Source of the DNA: Isurus oxyrinchus
Lineage: Eukaryota
Direction: 5' to 3'
Assembly (NCBI GenBank): GCA_026770705.1
Contig: JANJGN010000024.1
Span: 19,964,001 to 20,028,000, forward strand
Length of the DNA: 64,000 bases
Part shown: in pieces, positions 23,790 through 36,190 of the stretch
Layout: each line of letters starts with the position of its first letter
Position numbering within the stretch: the stretch's first letter is position 1
Program-made: the position numbers and the translations under genes
Notes under the pieces: generated by a model
The model's input: only the letters and a program-made list of their open reading frames with translations
What the model was told of the DNA's origin: nothing
The model's database searches: none

Positions 23790-24560
23790 AGAAAATATTT
23801 GCATTTATATAGCACCTTTCCTCAGGCTCAGGATGCCCTAAAGCATTTTCCAACCAACTGGGTTCTTTTTAAGTGCAGTCACTATTATAATGTAGGAAAC
23901 AGGACAGATAATTTGTGCACATCAAACTCCCACAAACATATGATAATGCCCAGGTAACCTGCTTTTTGTGATGTTGCCTGAGGGAGAAATATTGGCCAGG
24001 AAACCAGGGATAACTCCCCTCCTCTTCTTTGAAATAGTGCTGTACAATCTTCTACAGTCACCTTAATCTTATGTCTTGATGGGGGAAGATGGTGGCACAG
24101 TGATAATGTCACTGGACCCAGAGACCCAGGACAATGATCTGGCGGCATGGTACAAATCCCACCATAGAAATTGGTGGGATTTAAATGAATAAAATCTGAA
24201 ATTGAAAGCTAGTTTCACCAGTAATGGTGACCATTAAAAAAAAAATCTGGTCCACTAATGTCCCTTAGGGAATGAAATTACCTGTACTTAACTTACCTGG
24301 TCTGGCCTACATGTGTTCCAGCAATGTGCCCTCTTAACTGCCCCCTGTGGCCTAACACAGCAATCAGTTCAAGGGCATTTAGACCCTTGTCTGCAATGCC
24401 CATGTCTCATCAAAGAATTTAAAAGAACTAAAGTTGGCACCTCCAACACTGTAGTGCTCCCTTAGTACTGGACCAGTAATGTCAGCTTAGATTTTGTGTT
24501 CAGCTGCCTGGAGTGGAGCTTGAACTCGCAAGCTCCTCAACTAGAAGAAATGTGAGCCAC
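23790..24560. mobile_element. Deu-SINE (-) interrupted by SINE family B (+, 24082-24425)
   Basis: The Deu-SINE sequence resumes at about 24430. Confidence 0.65.
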
Positions 24561-25309
24561 ATCCCATGATTACTTCCCTCTCCCCACAAATATTTTTTCA
24601 AAAGGAGTCACGAAATAACGATCAAAACAGCATTACTACCTCTCAGCCACGGTGATGCAACAGCAAATTGTAGCAACCAGACACTTGGTCTATCTACCAG
24701 CAACTTATTCAGCAAGCACCTTTGATTAAAATATCTTTACAAATGATAATGGAAGTGAGAATGTAGGTGTACAAGGGAAGAACAGGGAAATCAGTTGTAA
24801 CCTTACAAAGGAAATGATTCTGAAAAGAAATGAGCAGACATCAGCTGCTAAGTCACTGGGCCCTGACCACATATCCCTGGGGTTGTTGAAAGAAATTGGA
24901 GAAGGTTGGGCCATAATTCTTCATTAAATATATGAATTGTGTGGTGTGATTGGAGGATAATGAATGTAATGCTCTTGTTCAAGGACAGAGATAAACCAGT
25001 TAACTACAGACCACTGAGTTCAATGTCAATTCTGATCAAATTCTTTGAACCCATTATTTGAGATCAAATTAATGATCAGCTAGAAATGAAAGGGTTAATT
25101 GAGGGTGGATTTGTTAAAAGCAAGTTACATTTGCCACATTTAATATTTTTTTTTTAAAGAAGCAACTGATTGACTAGATAAAATGAATCCAGGTTAATGT
25201 GGTGAATGCGGATTTTTCAGATGACCTTAGAAATGAAGTCTCACAGGAGGCTTGTTACAAAAGTTCAGGTTGCTGACAGGATGAGAAGATGGAACAGCAC
25301 AGATTGAAA

Positions 25310-26549
25310 TAAAAACAGAAAATGTTGGAAAAACTCAGCGGGTCTGGCAGTATCTGTGGAGAGAGAAACAGAGCTAACGTTTCAAGTCAATATGACTCGT
25401 CTTCAGAGCTAAAGAGACGTAGAAATGTGATGGATTTTACACTGTTTAAGAGGGGGTGGAGCAGGTGGAGCAAAATAGAAGGTCAGGGATGGGTGGGTGC
25501 TCAGGAGAAATTGACAAAGATGTCATGGACACAAGACCCAGGGGGGTGGTAACGGTAGTGTTAAAGATTAAAGAAGGTGCTGATAGTGGCATAAGGGTAA
25601 GATAGCAGAATGTGTTAATAGTAGAACAAGGGTGAGCGCTCTGTGAAAGCACAACATAGAAACAAGTGACAGATCGTCCTGTGGTTGGAGGGGGGAGGTG
25701 GTTTGGGGGAATAAGATTTTAAAATAAATAAATAAATAAATAATGAGAATAAAAAGTAAAACTAAACCTAAAAAAGTTAAAATTGGATTATAAAAGGGAG
25801 GAGAGAGTTCATGTTATGAAGTTGTTGAACTCATTCAGAAGGAGGTGCTGTTCCTCCAGTTTGCATTGCATTTCAGTGGAACATCACAGCAGGCCAAGGA
25901 CAGACACGTGGGCATGAGAGCAGGGTGGTGTGTTGAAAAGGCAAGCGACAGGAAGGTCTCGGTTGCGCTCAAGGACTGAGCGAAGGTGTTCTGCAAAGTG
26001 GCCACCCAGTCTGGGTATTGGGAGCAACGAATATAGTAGACAAAATTGAAGGAGGTGCAAGTAAAGTTCTGCTTCACCTGAAATAGTGTTTGGGGCCTTG
26101 GGCAGTGAGGAGGGAGAAGGTAAAGGGGAAGGTGTTACCCCTTCTGCGATTGCATGGGAAGATCCTGTGGGAAAGGAATGAAGAATTGGGGATGATGGAG
26201 GAGTGGACCAGAGTGTCACAGAGGGAATGGTCCCTGCAGAATGCTGACAGTGGTGTGGGGGTGGCGGGGCGGGGTGGGGCGGGGGGTGGGGGGGTGGTGG
26301 TGGGTGGTGGTGAGGGGAAGATGTGTTTGATAGTGGTATCATGCTGGAGTTGGCAGAAACGGCGGAGAAAGATCCTTTGTAGTGAGGAGGCTAGTGGGGT
26401 GAAAAGGGAGGACAAGGGGGACCCTAACATGGACTTGAAACTTTAACTCTGTTTCTCTCTCCACAGATGCTGCCAGACCTGCTGAGCTTTTCCAGCATTT
26501 CTGTTTTGATTTCAGATTTCCAGCATCTGCAGTATTTTATTTTTATATT
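25310..26549 (-). mobile_element. Penelope family A copy with an inverted terminal repeat
   Basis: GIY-YIG region homologous to 936-1200 on the minus strand; 26430-26510 is an inverted copy of 25310-25388; flanks agcaYRgattgaaa at 25296-25309 and 26550-26563. Confidence 0.85.
25371..25410 (-). ncRNA. Minimal type I hammerhead ribozyme motif (best-preserved copy)
   Basis: Minus strand agct-CTGAAGA-c-gagtc-atatt-gactt-GAAA-cgtt-agct. Confidence 0.65.
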
Positions 26550-26917
26550 AGCATGGATTGAAAGTTAGTTGATGGATAAAAAGTGGGATAAGTTGATGTT
26601 CCATTGACTGGAGAAGGCGTGGGACAATTTGGGATACCCTTGCACCCTTGTTGAGTACAGATGATTTGGAATTTGGAATAGGAACCATGATGTTGAGCAA
26701 TGCAAAAATTGGAAGGTTTCAAGAAGTAAGGAGGATACTAAAAGACACCAGTGAAATGGGCAGGCAGGTGGCAGATGCAGTTTTATTTTAAGAGGTAAAA
26801 CATTCTGGCAGCCAACGAAAAGATAATGAAGGGTGTGTACACATGAACAGAGAGGGGCCCAAGAATTCAACAATATAATTACCTTAAGGTGTGAGTGCTG
26901 TAGATAAATTTTAGTAT

Positions 26918-27465
26918 TGCTGAAAAAAGGGACAAGCTGTTGAAGCTATTCAGCTTGCACTCATCAGCACAGGTGCAAGAATGCCAAATTTCAAAGGGAG
27001 CAACAATTTATACTGCTTGAGAAAAGGGTGTTGATTGGCTAGCAAGTTGACTCTAATTGGTCAAAGAGTTGCCATGGACAACGCACCAGGGAACTATTGC
27101 CCCCCATATTTCTGTTTAAGTTAAAAAAGGTGCAATGCCTGGACTTATTCCTTTTGCCTGCAGATGACAGATCCCTGTGAATGAATACATGTAACTTCTA
27201 GCAAGTATAAGTGAGCTACATTGTGAGCCTGACTGATAACCTTAAATTGGTTGTTAGTGTAATTATTGACACACTCAGGATTGTTCAGCAAGTGATGTCC
27301 AATTGTGGAATCACATCTAATGTTAGACATTGTGTTCTGAGATTTGCAAGTATGGGTTGGCTAAATTTGGTTAGTATTCTGCCTATTGGGAACAGCTGAA
27401 GGGAAGAGCTGTTTGATACGATCCACCAGTCATTCAGACTTGTGGCCCACGTACCTGTACAGCAG
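26918..27465 (-). mobile_element. Penelope-like element family B (GIY-YIG C-terminus plus terminal repeat with a decayed hammerhead)
   Basis: YVGHKSE*LVDRIKQ...STIGHHLLNNPEC...FKVIS...LLEVTCI...ICRQKE; gtgCTGATGAgtgcaagctGAAtagcttc near 26940-26972. Confidence 0.8.
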
Positions 27466-27819
27466 ATAAACTATGAAAAGGCCAACACATTTTGGGTTTT
27501 ATAAATGGAACACAGACTGATGCAATAAAGGAGATGAGGATAAAATTTACACAAGACCACAGATAGTGTATTGTAGTTTTGAGTACCTTATTATAGGAAG
27601 CACATTAACTATCAGATTGCAGCCAGGACAGGCTCCCAGGATAAAATGAAGGTTGGGAAACTATAGTTTATTGGGAGGAATTTGAGACATTGAGATATTC
27701 AATGTTTATTGACACTTGAGATACTGTGACTATTTCCTTAGGAGCAAAGAAAGCTAAGAGGGGATTCAAAAGAGGCTTTTAAAATTGTGAGGATTTTTGA
27801 TAGAATGAATAGAGAATAA

Positions 27820-28000
27820 CTATGGAAGAGGTAGAGGGAAAGGGGGAGGGGGATAATGAGAGAGGAAGGGGGAAGGGATGCAGGAGGGTATGGGAGGGAC
27901 AGAGAAGGGGATGCAGAAAGGGAGAGGGGGAGAAGGAATGAGGAGAGGGAGAGGGGATGAGGAGGGAGAGGGAAAAGAGGGGAAGGGGAAAGGGGGTAAA
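27820..28000. repeat. Polypurine (G/A) low-complexity tract
   Basis: Almost entirely G/A on the + strand. Confidence 0.8.
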
Positions 28001-28209
28001 TGATGCAAACAAACCGCAGATAGAACCAGGGCAGGGCGAAGGAGGTAAATTCAATGAGTTGCAGGAGGGATTAAATCATCATTTAGATTATGAATTTTCA
28101 TAAATAAAAGCAACAGAACGGAAAGGAAGTAAATAGGCAAGTCAGTTTGAATAATTTTAATTTCAGAATGTATTTTAAACAGTATTTACAGCATAGAAAC
28201 AGGCCAAAC

Positions 28210-30590
28210 AGACAGAATCTTCCAGTCCCACCAACAGCAGGAATCCTGGCACTTAATTTGGCGAGAGGCAAAAAAATCTGTTTCCTGACAGCAGGATGAG
28301 CTGTTTGAATTTTGTACTGCTGACTTTTAAGGTGGGTTAAAATGAACAAACATACATTAGCATCTTATGCATGCTCACTGAAAGGCCACCTCGCTGGAAT
28401 TAATTTCGCCCTCCAAATTAAGCTCCCCACCAGCGAGAATTTAGAATGTTCGATTTTACGACTTTATATAAGCCGTGTGCCCCTGGTGAGCTTCACCTCT
28501 TCCATGACTTTGAGGTCAGTACACGCTGTTTTTGCCTACTTGGAGACCACTCATAACCCCACTCGAGTGCAAAAACTGCACCAAGACTGTACCAGGTAGG
28601 CAGGCTGAGGGGGGAAGGAGGGGGGAAGAGTGTGCCTTAGAGGGCGGGGTCAGTGGTGGGGTCCTGGGAGGTCATGGGAGGGAATAATCAGTCACAGGGG
28701 GAGCAGGATGTGATAGGGTAGCAGGACTAGAATGAGAATCTGTTAGGTGAAGGTGTCATGGGGGCTGGGAGGTGGGGGTGTGCGTGGGGTGTTGGGTAAC
28801 GGAAGGGGACAAGACAGGTGGTTCAAATAACAGGAGGGGGCAGGGTGAGGTTGGACATGGGGACAGTAACAGGTGTCAACTCTGAGGGAAAGAAAGGCAC
28901 CTGGAGGTGGATCATAAAGGGTCCAGGTCAACAGCAGGGGGAGGAATGGTGATTTTGGGTGGGTCAAGGGTGATGGGGGGAAGTTGGTGGGTGACAGGGG
29001 GAGGTAGAATCCAGTGGAGTGAGTTTAGAAGGTAGTGAGCACCATTTTCCAAATCTGACCACACAGTTAGTCAGTCAGAGAGATCCCTCAAAGTGGGAGG
29101 AGGGTCTTTTTGGGTGGGTGGAGTTTAAGGTCAGCACAAGTGACCGACTAAAGAGACATCCTAATAATCATGAGACAGCTGATGTCAGCCGTGCTCAGTT
29201 GTTGTCTCCTCTCTTTGGTGAAGCCCATGTTGCAGCAGGTTTGTTCCTGACTCATGGGTCTCACAACCTCGAGATCCCAGCAAGGTTGGGAGCTGCCATT
29301 CATTCTGTGCCATTTGCCATCGGCTGCAATCAGAGGCAGGGATGAAGGGAAGGAGGGAGGTGGATGCCCCCAGGGGGCACGGCTGGTGGAGGGCAGCCAA
29401 CTTGCGACTCCATCCTCCCCGGTGAATGGTCATGGCTGACAAGGACTCAGGCAGTTAGCCTTTCTACATTGCCAGGGCAATGGTCTCGATATAGAGTCTC
29501 GAGGGTAGTGGTGACAGGTGGGATAGTGTCAGAGGGAGACCTCTCGCACACACCTCTCATCACCCTGGTCAAAAAGCAATGTCTCCACGTGCAGTCATGT
29601 ATGAACAGGAGGAACATCCATCTCTGGTCCTCCAGGATGTCCTTCATCTGGAAGGGGTGGAGTAGGGATGCCACGTCTAGACAGAGGCCGGGTGAAGGGT
29701 TTAGCACTTGCCTGCTGGCTTTGAGGGGAGGGAAATCTGTAAAGGACAGGCTCACTAAATTTATCACTTCAATTTGTTCGCACATCCACTGAGGCATCGT
29801 TGATGGAGGCCTCAGACAACCCTGCCCTTGGTAATGGCCGCATCCAGATGAAGAGAAGGAGGGCCCATCGCAGGTCGGCACAGGGCCAGGAAGGTCAAGG
29901 GCCGAACAGCAAAGAGCAGTGGGGCCTCTAGAAGGTCAAGATGCTGGCGAACAGGGTGCACTGCACCGGTGAGCGTTGACCCAACCATGGGTGTATCGCA
30001 GGTGGTGTTCTTATCTAGAGATGAAGGGGAAGGCAATGCCGGAGGCTCCCTCGCATGTCCCGCTAGCTCCTCCAGCACGAGCCGTGACTGTAAGGACTCT
30101 GGAGCAGCAATGCAGGGCTCCTGGCCTGCAATGAGGGAATGGTTGACCCAGTGCCATTTAAATATGGTGCCAGGACCTCCGACCCCCATGAGGCAACAAG
30201 ATTTGCCGTGCTCTTTGCGGACGCATAGCTAAAGGGGTGAACCGTGGACGATCACGTGTGTTCAGCCATCCTGCCGCCCTGTGGGAACCATGCCGACTTT
30301 CCTGCCCACCACCGGACTTGGACTCCCAAACGGAAGATACCACCGTGTTTCTGCTCCACAAGAGCCTCTCCCTCATCCCCTCTTCATCTCACCCTATCAG
30401 CATATTCCTCTATTCCTCAATGTCTGGCTTCCCCTTGGAGGCATCTATAATACACATTGAATGGTTAATTTCCTGATTATCCCTCACAGCCCAAATAAGG
30501 GGATAAAAATGTGGAGGGATAACTAATTCTAGCGCCCAGTAAGAGGGCTTCTATTCAATAGCAGCGCCAGTTTGCAGATTCTGGTGATTT
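28210..30590. mobile_element. Unclassified GC-rich insertion, possibly a deleted Harbinger derivative
   Basis: Composition shift, gacagaatctt...agattctg ends, and a G-rich intron-like block as in the 44725 element; no recognisable domain. Confidence 0.3.
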
Positions 30591-30599
30591 GCTCTCTAT

Positions 30600-31090
30600 T
30601 GTGGTTAATATTTTTACCCCCCACCCCCGCCACTCCTCCTTCCCCCCCCCTCAACCCACCCCCCGACCCCCAAGTCGCAGCATATTCATTTCTCACTAAT
30701 GATACTCATCCCAGACCGCTCCTCCAAAGCACAGAATGAGCCCCTTTCCATTCCAGTATTCGCAGTTCCAGCCATATTAAACCTCGCTCAGTCCGCCTTG
30801 CCAGCCCTGGGAGAGTTCTGTACCTCCCTTCCTCATCGACACCTCCTTCCTGCCTTTTTCCCGGGGAAATTCGCAATGAAACTTCATGTCAGACCGGTTC
30901 TTCCTCGCCCACATTCCGCCTTGCTCGGGCTGATGCTCCTGTCCAGCGGCTGGGGTAAGTTGCATTTTTTTTTCGCCAGATTTTTCGTTTGAAGGAAAAC
31001 AAAGGTTTGGTGGGGGGAGGGAGAGAAAGAGAGAGAGAGAGAGGGGGGCGGGGGGCGAGGCTGAATCAGGATGAACCTGCCAAAACGCAG
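30600..31090 (+). promoter_or_regulatory. CpG-enriched promoter/5' region of SCN2B
   Basis: C-rich boxes (ccccgcc) at 30617-30670 and raised CpG around exon 1. Confidence 0.5.
30876..30954 (+). CDS. SCN2B: Sodium channel beta-2 subunit exon 1 (signal peptide MKLHVRPVLPRPHSALLGLMLLSSGW)
   Basis: LPRP plus a hydrophobic core as in the mammalian leader; G|GTAAGT, phase 1. Confidence 0.85.
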
Positions 31091-31346
31091 AGCTTGCCAC
31101 ATTTTTTGTTCATTTTACAGAGAAAAATAAAGAAAAGACCTGATCTCATATTGGATTACCAGTTATTGAATGTGTGAAGGACCCTGCTGTATAAATTGGA
31201 ATTTCTAACCAGCTTCATATTGTCTGTTCCCACAATATTTATGTTATTTTTTTGTTTTACACAGACTGATATTTGTCAAGACAGATTTTGTGGACTTCGT
31301 GTCCTTTCATTGATGTGAACCAACTCACGCAGATTGTTTATTTTTT

Positions 31347-31348
31347 AT

Positions 31349-31384
<36 letters not shown>
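31347..31384. repeat. (TA)n(CA)n microsatellite
   Basis: Read directly. Confidence 0.9.
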
Positions 31385-32982
31385 TCTTACAGGGTGAAAT
31401 GGAGTGCTTGCTCTCTCCCAGGCTGCTTACTGGGTGTGTCAAAATGTCCTCTTCACCAGATGTATTTTACCCTTGTCACAAATCTTCACACGTCTTCCTC
31501 AGGGAAACGTACATTGTGCTGCAGCCAGCTGGTGTTCAAAGGAATCCCCTAGTTCTTATTGTTTGTTTTCCCTCAATTAATATTCTCTTAACTCAATAGA
31601 ATTCTCAATGGGGTAATTTAAAAAAAAAGAATTCCTATCGGCGAAAATCTGAAATTAAAATGTGAAAATGCTAGAAACACACCCAAGAACTAGTCAATGT
31701 CTGCAGAGAGAAGGAGAGAGGAAAAAGACGAGTTAATGTATCAGACTGAGAGCCTTCCTTAGAATTGGTCCAGAGGAGAAAGGCCTTGTGATATAAACAA
31801 GGAAGAGGGGCAACCAAGGCAAGATTTCTAGAGGTAACGCTGCATTTGGCAGCCTGTAAAGAGCCTCACTATCCTTGCCAATCTAGCTTGCTCCATTATT
31901 TTGGATGGTGGCTGTTCTCCTGTGGAAGGATCACACCTGATCCACCCCAGCGATCGGAAACTGATGTAGAGCTCCATGGGGAAGGTTTGAAAACACCATG
32001 GCATTGAAAGTATACAGTATCTGTGGCCCAAGTGAAAATCTGTCAATATATTGGGCCTTGCTAGAGGGAGTGAGAGTGGGAGCAGAAATATCACAAATCT
32101 AGCAGCCACATGGAGTATGATCAAAGAATGAGAAACATAGGAGAATGGAGACCAAAAACACTAATCTGATATTTGTATTATACTGAATGGTTATCATAGA
32201 ATCTTACAGCACAGAAGAAGGCCATTCAACCCATCTCATCTATGCTGGCTCTTTGAAAGAACTATTCAATTACTTCAACTCTCCTGCTCTTTTCACATAG
32301 CCCTGATTTCTTTTTCTTTTCAAGTATCTATGCAATCCCCATTTGAAAGCTGCTGTTAAAACTGTTCACCACCTTTTCAGACAGCACGTTCCAAATGACA
32401 AGTCCCTTCATAAAATAGTTATCCTCATCTCTTCTCTAGTTATTTCACTAATTACCATAAATCTGGTCACCGACCCAGTGGAAACAGTGTCTCAGTATTT
32501 ACCCTATTAAAACCTCTCTTCACCTTGAACACCCCAATTATCCCTATCTCTGTAATCACCTCCAGCACCACAACCCTTTGAGATCTCTGTGCTTCCCCAG
32601 TTCTGACCTATTGCACACACCAGTTTTCATCGCTCCAACTTTGGTGTCTGTGCCTTCAGTTCTGGGTGTTAAACTCTGGAATTCACTCCTTGAACCTTTC
32701 TGCCTCTCTACCACATTTCCTTCCTTTAAGACACTGATCAGTTAGTTAGTCTACAAAATTACCCACTGTGATTTACCCCCAACAAATATCACCCAGTGAC
32801 TTGACTAAATGAACCCAAATCAGCCTACATGGTCTTATAAGTGTGTTAAACATTAAAGTCTAAATTCTGAAGCAATATAAAAATGTAGATATAAATAATA
32901 GATCTTTAACAATCCTATGTGAAAAATCTGGCTCCATAACAACATGATAATCTAGTTACGCTGAATATCATTCATTCTCACA

Positions 32983-33410
32983 TGTCAGTCTAGTAGCACT
33001 CTCTTGCCTCTGAGTCAGAAGATTGTGGGTTCAAGTCCCACTCCAGAGACTTGACCACATAATCCAGGCTGATGCTCCACTGTGATACTGAGGGAGTGCT
33101 GCAGTGTTAGAGGTGCCATCGTTTGAATGAAATATTAAACAGTGGCCCCGTCTGCCCTTCAGGTGAATGTAAAGATCCCATTGAACTATTTTGAAGAAGA
33201 GCAGGGGCGTTCTCCCCACTGTCTTGGCCATTATTTATCTCTCAATGAACACCAGTAAAATAGATTATCAGGTCATTATCACATTGCTCTGTGCTTGCTG
33301 TGTGCAAATTGGCTACCATTCACCACAACAGTAATTGGACTTCAAATGTACTTTATTGGCAATGAAGCACTTTGGGACATCCTGAGGCTGTGAAAGACAC
33401 TATATAAATA
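32983..33410 (+). mobile_element. Deu-domain SINE
   Basis: B box ggttcaagtcc, core gagggagtgctgcagtgttagaggtgcc. Confidence 0.75.
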
Positions 33411-33874
33411 CAGAATCCCAGAAGTTAATACTAACCCCATCTGATGGACTGGATGAGTAGTTGCAACTCTGAATTATGTGGCTACAATTCCTGATACACT
33501 GAGTTTGAAATGGACATGAGTTACATTTAAGGTTGAATAATCTCCATTGTGGGAATGTCATCTTCACAAGGAGCTCAGCTGTTCAAGAAAAAGGCCCACC
33601 ACCACTTGCTATGGGCAATAAATGCTGATCAAGTTTAATATTTTAAAAGAGGATCTAAATAAAAAGTTACAACAATATTGTACATTGACTACAATCCATA
33701 TCACAAATTTTAATCATTCAATAATCCAATGAGAAAATGAATCCAAGTTGCTATTTTCAGTAGAGCATATTAGCTTTTGTATTAATTATGGGAGTAGAAT
33801 ATTTTCTCAATTGCAGTTCTGATTGGTAAATCTTTCAAGAACGCAGAAAACGCAGAATAAAAATTAGGCATTTA

Positions 33875-34259
33875 AATAGTGGCTTGGTAGTACAGAGCTT
33901 GAATCAGGCTGAAAAAAAGAGACATGCTGTCAAAGCTTTTCATCTTGGACTCATCAGGCCAAATGTAGGAATGTCAAATTTCAAACAATCACAACAATGT
34001 ATGCTGCAAGAGAAAAGGGTGCTGATTGGTTGGCAAGTCGTCATGGATTGGCCAAAGCATTGCCACGGAGAAAGCAACAGGGAACTATAAGCTCCCTATA
34101 TTCCTAATTAGGCCAATCACTGTTGACTTGCCAACCAATCAGCACCCTTTTCTCCTGAGGTATAAATTGTTATGATAATTTGAAATTTGGCATTCTTGTG
34201 TTTGCCCTGATGAGTGCAAGATGAAATGCTTCGACAACATGTCTCTTTTCAGCAAATCC
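33875..34259. mobile_element. Non-coding fold-back derivative of Penelope family B with a hammerhead motif in each arm
   Basis: Arms about 33908-34052 and 34111-34253 are inverted copies; 14-bp direct repeat aaattaggcattta at 33861-74 and 34260-73. Confidence 0.8.
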
Positions 34260-35489
34260 AAATTAGGCATTTAGCGATCAATCACAACTCTTTCCACAGT
34301 TCAAACGGGTCAATATTAGTCCTTCACTCCCTTCCTGGGGGTAACCTGATCTATCGATATCTCTCTAACCCTCAATAACTCCCTTCTCAGAACTTAACCT
34401 GATCCATTGATATCTCTGTAACGCTCAGCCAATGATGATCCATTTCCTTTCTGATGTTATCCCTCTGACCCATAATTTCTCTGCCAGTCTGTTGCACACA
34501 CTCACCACCCCATGAGGGGATTGAACCTGCTCTAATCTTTTTCACTGACACCATGCTGCTCGGGTCACTTACAACAGAGGTCGGAAATTGTGACGTTCTT
34601 CAACTCTACACCAGTATCCTTGTTGATTGAGCTACTGAATGACAGTATACCTCAGGGAAAACCTGTGGCACAGTTTCTTGCATCTAGCAACAACAATTTG
34701 CATTTATATAGCCTCTAGTAAAACATCACAGGAGTTTATTCAATGTTATTGACACCAAACTAAAGGTGAAGATGTTAGGAATGTTGGTCAAAGCAGTAGA
34801 TTTTAAGCTTCTTGAAAGAGCAGAGAGATGGAAAGGTGTAGGGAGGGTATTCCAGAGCTTAAGATCCAGGCAGCTGAAATCATGGTCATCAACAAAAATT
34901 GGATCTGCACAAGAGGCCAGAGTTGAAGGAAAACAGATATCTTGGAGAGTTATGGGGCTAGAGGAAGTTACAGAGAAAGAGAGGTCATGGAGGGATTTCA
35001 ACACATGGATGAGAAGTTTAAACTTGAAGTATTTTTGAGGCAGTGTAGGTCGGCACTTTACTCTGTATCCAACCCCTTTGGAATTGTTTGATTGGCTAAT
35101 GTGGCAGAGTTGGGGCAGCAACAATTGATCTCGGCACTTCTGCATTAATGAAGGTGAAAAGTCAACCCTGGATCCACTGAGCCCTCTCCTACTGAAAGGC
35201 TTTGCTTCAAGATGGGATCTAGCTTGGTGATACCCCAACATTGGAAGTTCCTGTTGCCACTCATTATCCATTCTCAGACATGAGTGTGGCTATTTGAATG
35301 AGGCACTGGAAGGGGGATATTTCTTGTGGCATGTTGCCCTATGAAAAGCTGGACTCGAGAAGAGGAGATAAACTTGTCAGTGTAGATGTTTTAGACAAGG
35401 TGCTAGACCTCATTTCATCATTCGCAAAAATTAGTAACAACAAAAGAATTGAGTGATTGTTTACCCAGTTACAGTGACACATGGGGCCC

Positions 35490-35800
35490 AGCTGTTTTCT
35501 TGATTTGTTCCTGGTAATGTGGGTGCTGCTGGCAGGGCCAGCATTTGTCACCCACCCTTAATTCCACATTGCTGAAGTTCACATAAACCAGACCAAGTAA
35601 GGACAGCAGATTTCCTTCTGGAGATTAGTGAACCACATGGATATTTATGGCTATAGTTTCATGACTATTATTGAGACTACCTTTCAATTCCAGATTTAAA
35701 AAAAAAATTTATTGAATTTAAATTCCACCAGTTGCCATGGTGGGATTTGAGCCTGTGTCCCAAGAACATTACCCTGGATCATGGGTTTACTAGCCCAGTG
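35490..35800 (-). mobile_element. SINE family B
   Basis: Reverse complement of the family. Confidence 0.65.
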
Positions 35801-35839
35801 ACTCCACTCTCTCCTCCCTAAACTCTCACTCCCTCCATC

Positions 35840-36190
35840 CAAGATGCACGAATTGCAGGAATTCATCAAGGTTCCTTAGGCAGCACCTTCCAAACCCACG
35901 ATCACTACCACCTAGAAGGACAAGGGCAGCGGACACATGGGAACACCACCACCTGGAAGTTCCCCTCCAAGTCACTCACCATCCTGACTTGGAAATATAT
36001 CACCGTTCCTTCACTGTCACAGGGTCAAAATCCTGGAACTCCCTTCCTAACAGCACTGTGGGTGTACCTACACCACATGTACTGCAGCGGTTCAGGAAGG
36101 GGGCTCACCACCACCTTCTCAAAGGCAGTTAGGGATGGGCAACAAATGCTGTTCTAAGCCACACATCCCATGAATGAATAACAAAAAAAA
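35840..36190 (+). mobile_element. CR1/L2-clade LINE 3' end that shares its tail with SINE family B
   Basis: SWNSLPNSTV-type terminus followed by ttagggatgggcaacaaatgctg...catcccatgaatgaat. Confidence 0.7.

Larger units (their letters stand above)
24740..27810 (+). mobile_element. Old CR1 LINE ORF2 remnant split by two Penelope-like insertions
   Basis: Collinear degenerate CR1 segments at 24740-25300, 26550-26900 and 27470-27810. Confidence 0.55.

Noticed and set aside
25884-26342. Proline/histidine-rich 152-aa ORF
   Set aside because: Off-frame reading of a Penelope element and a G-run
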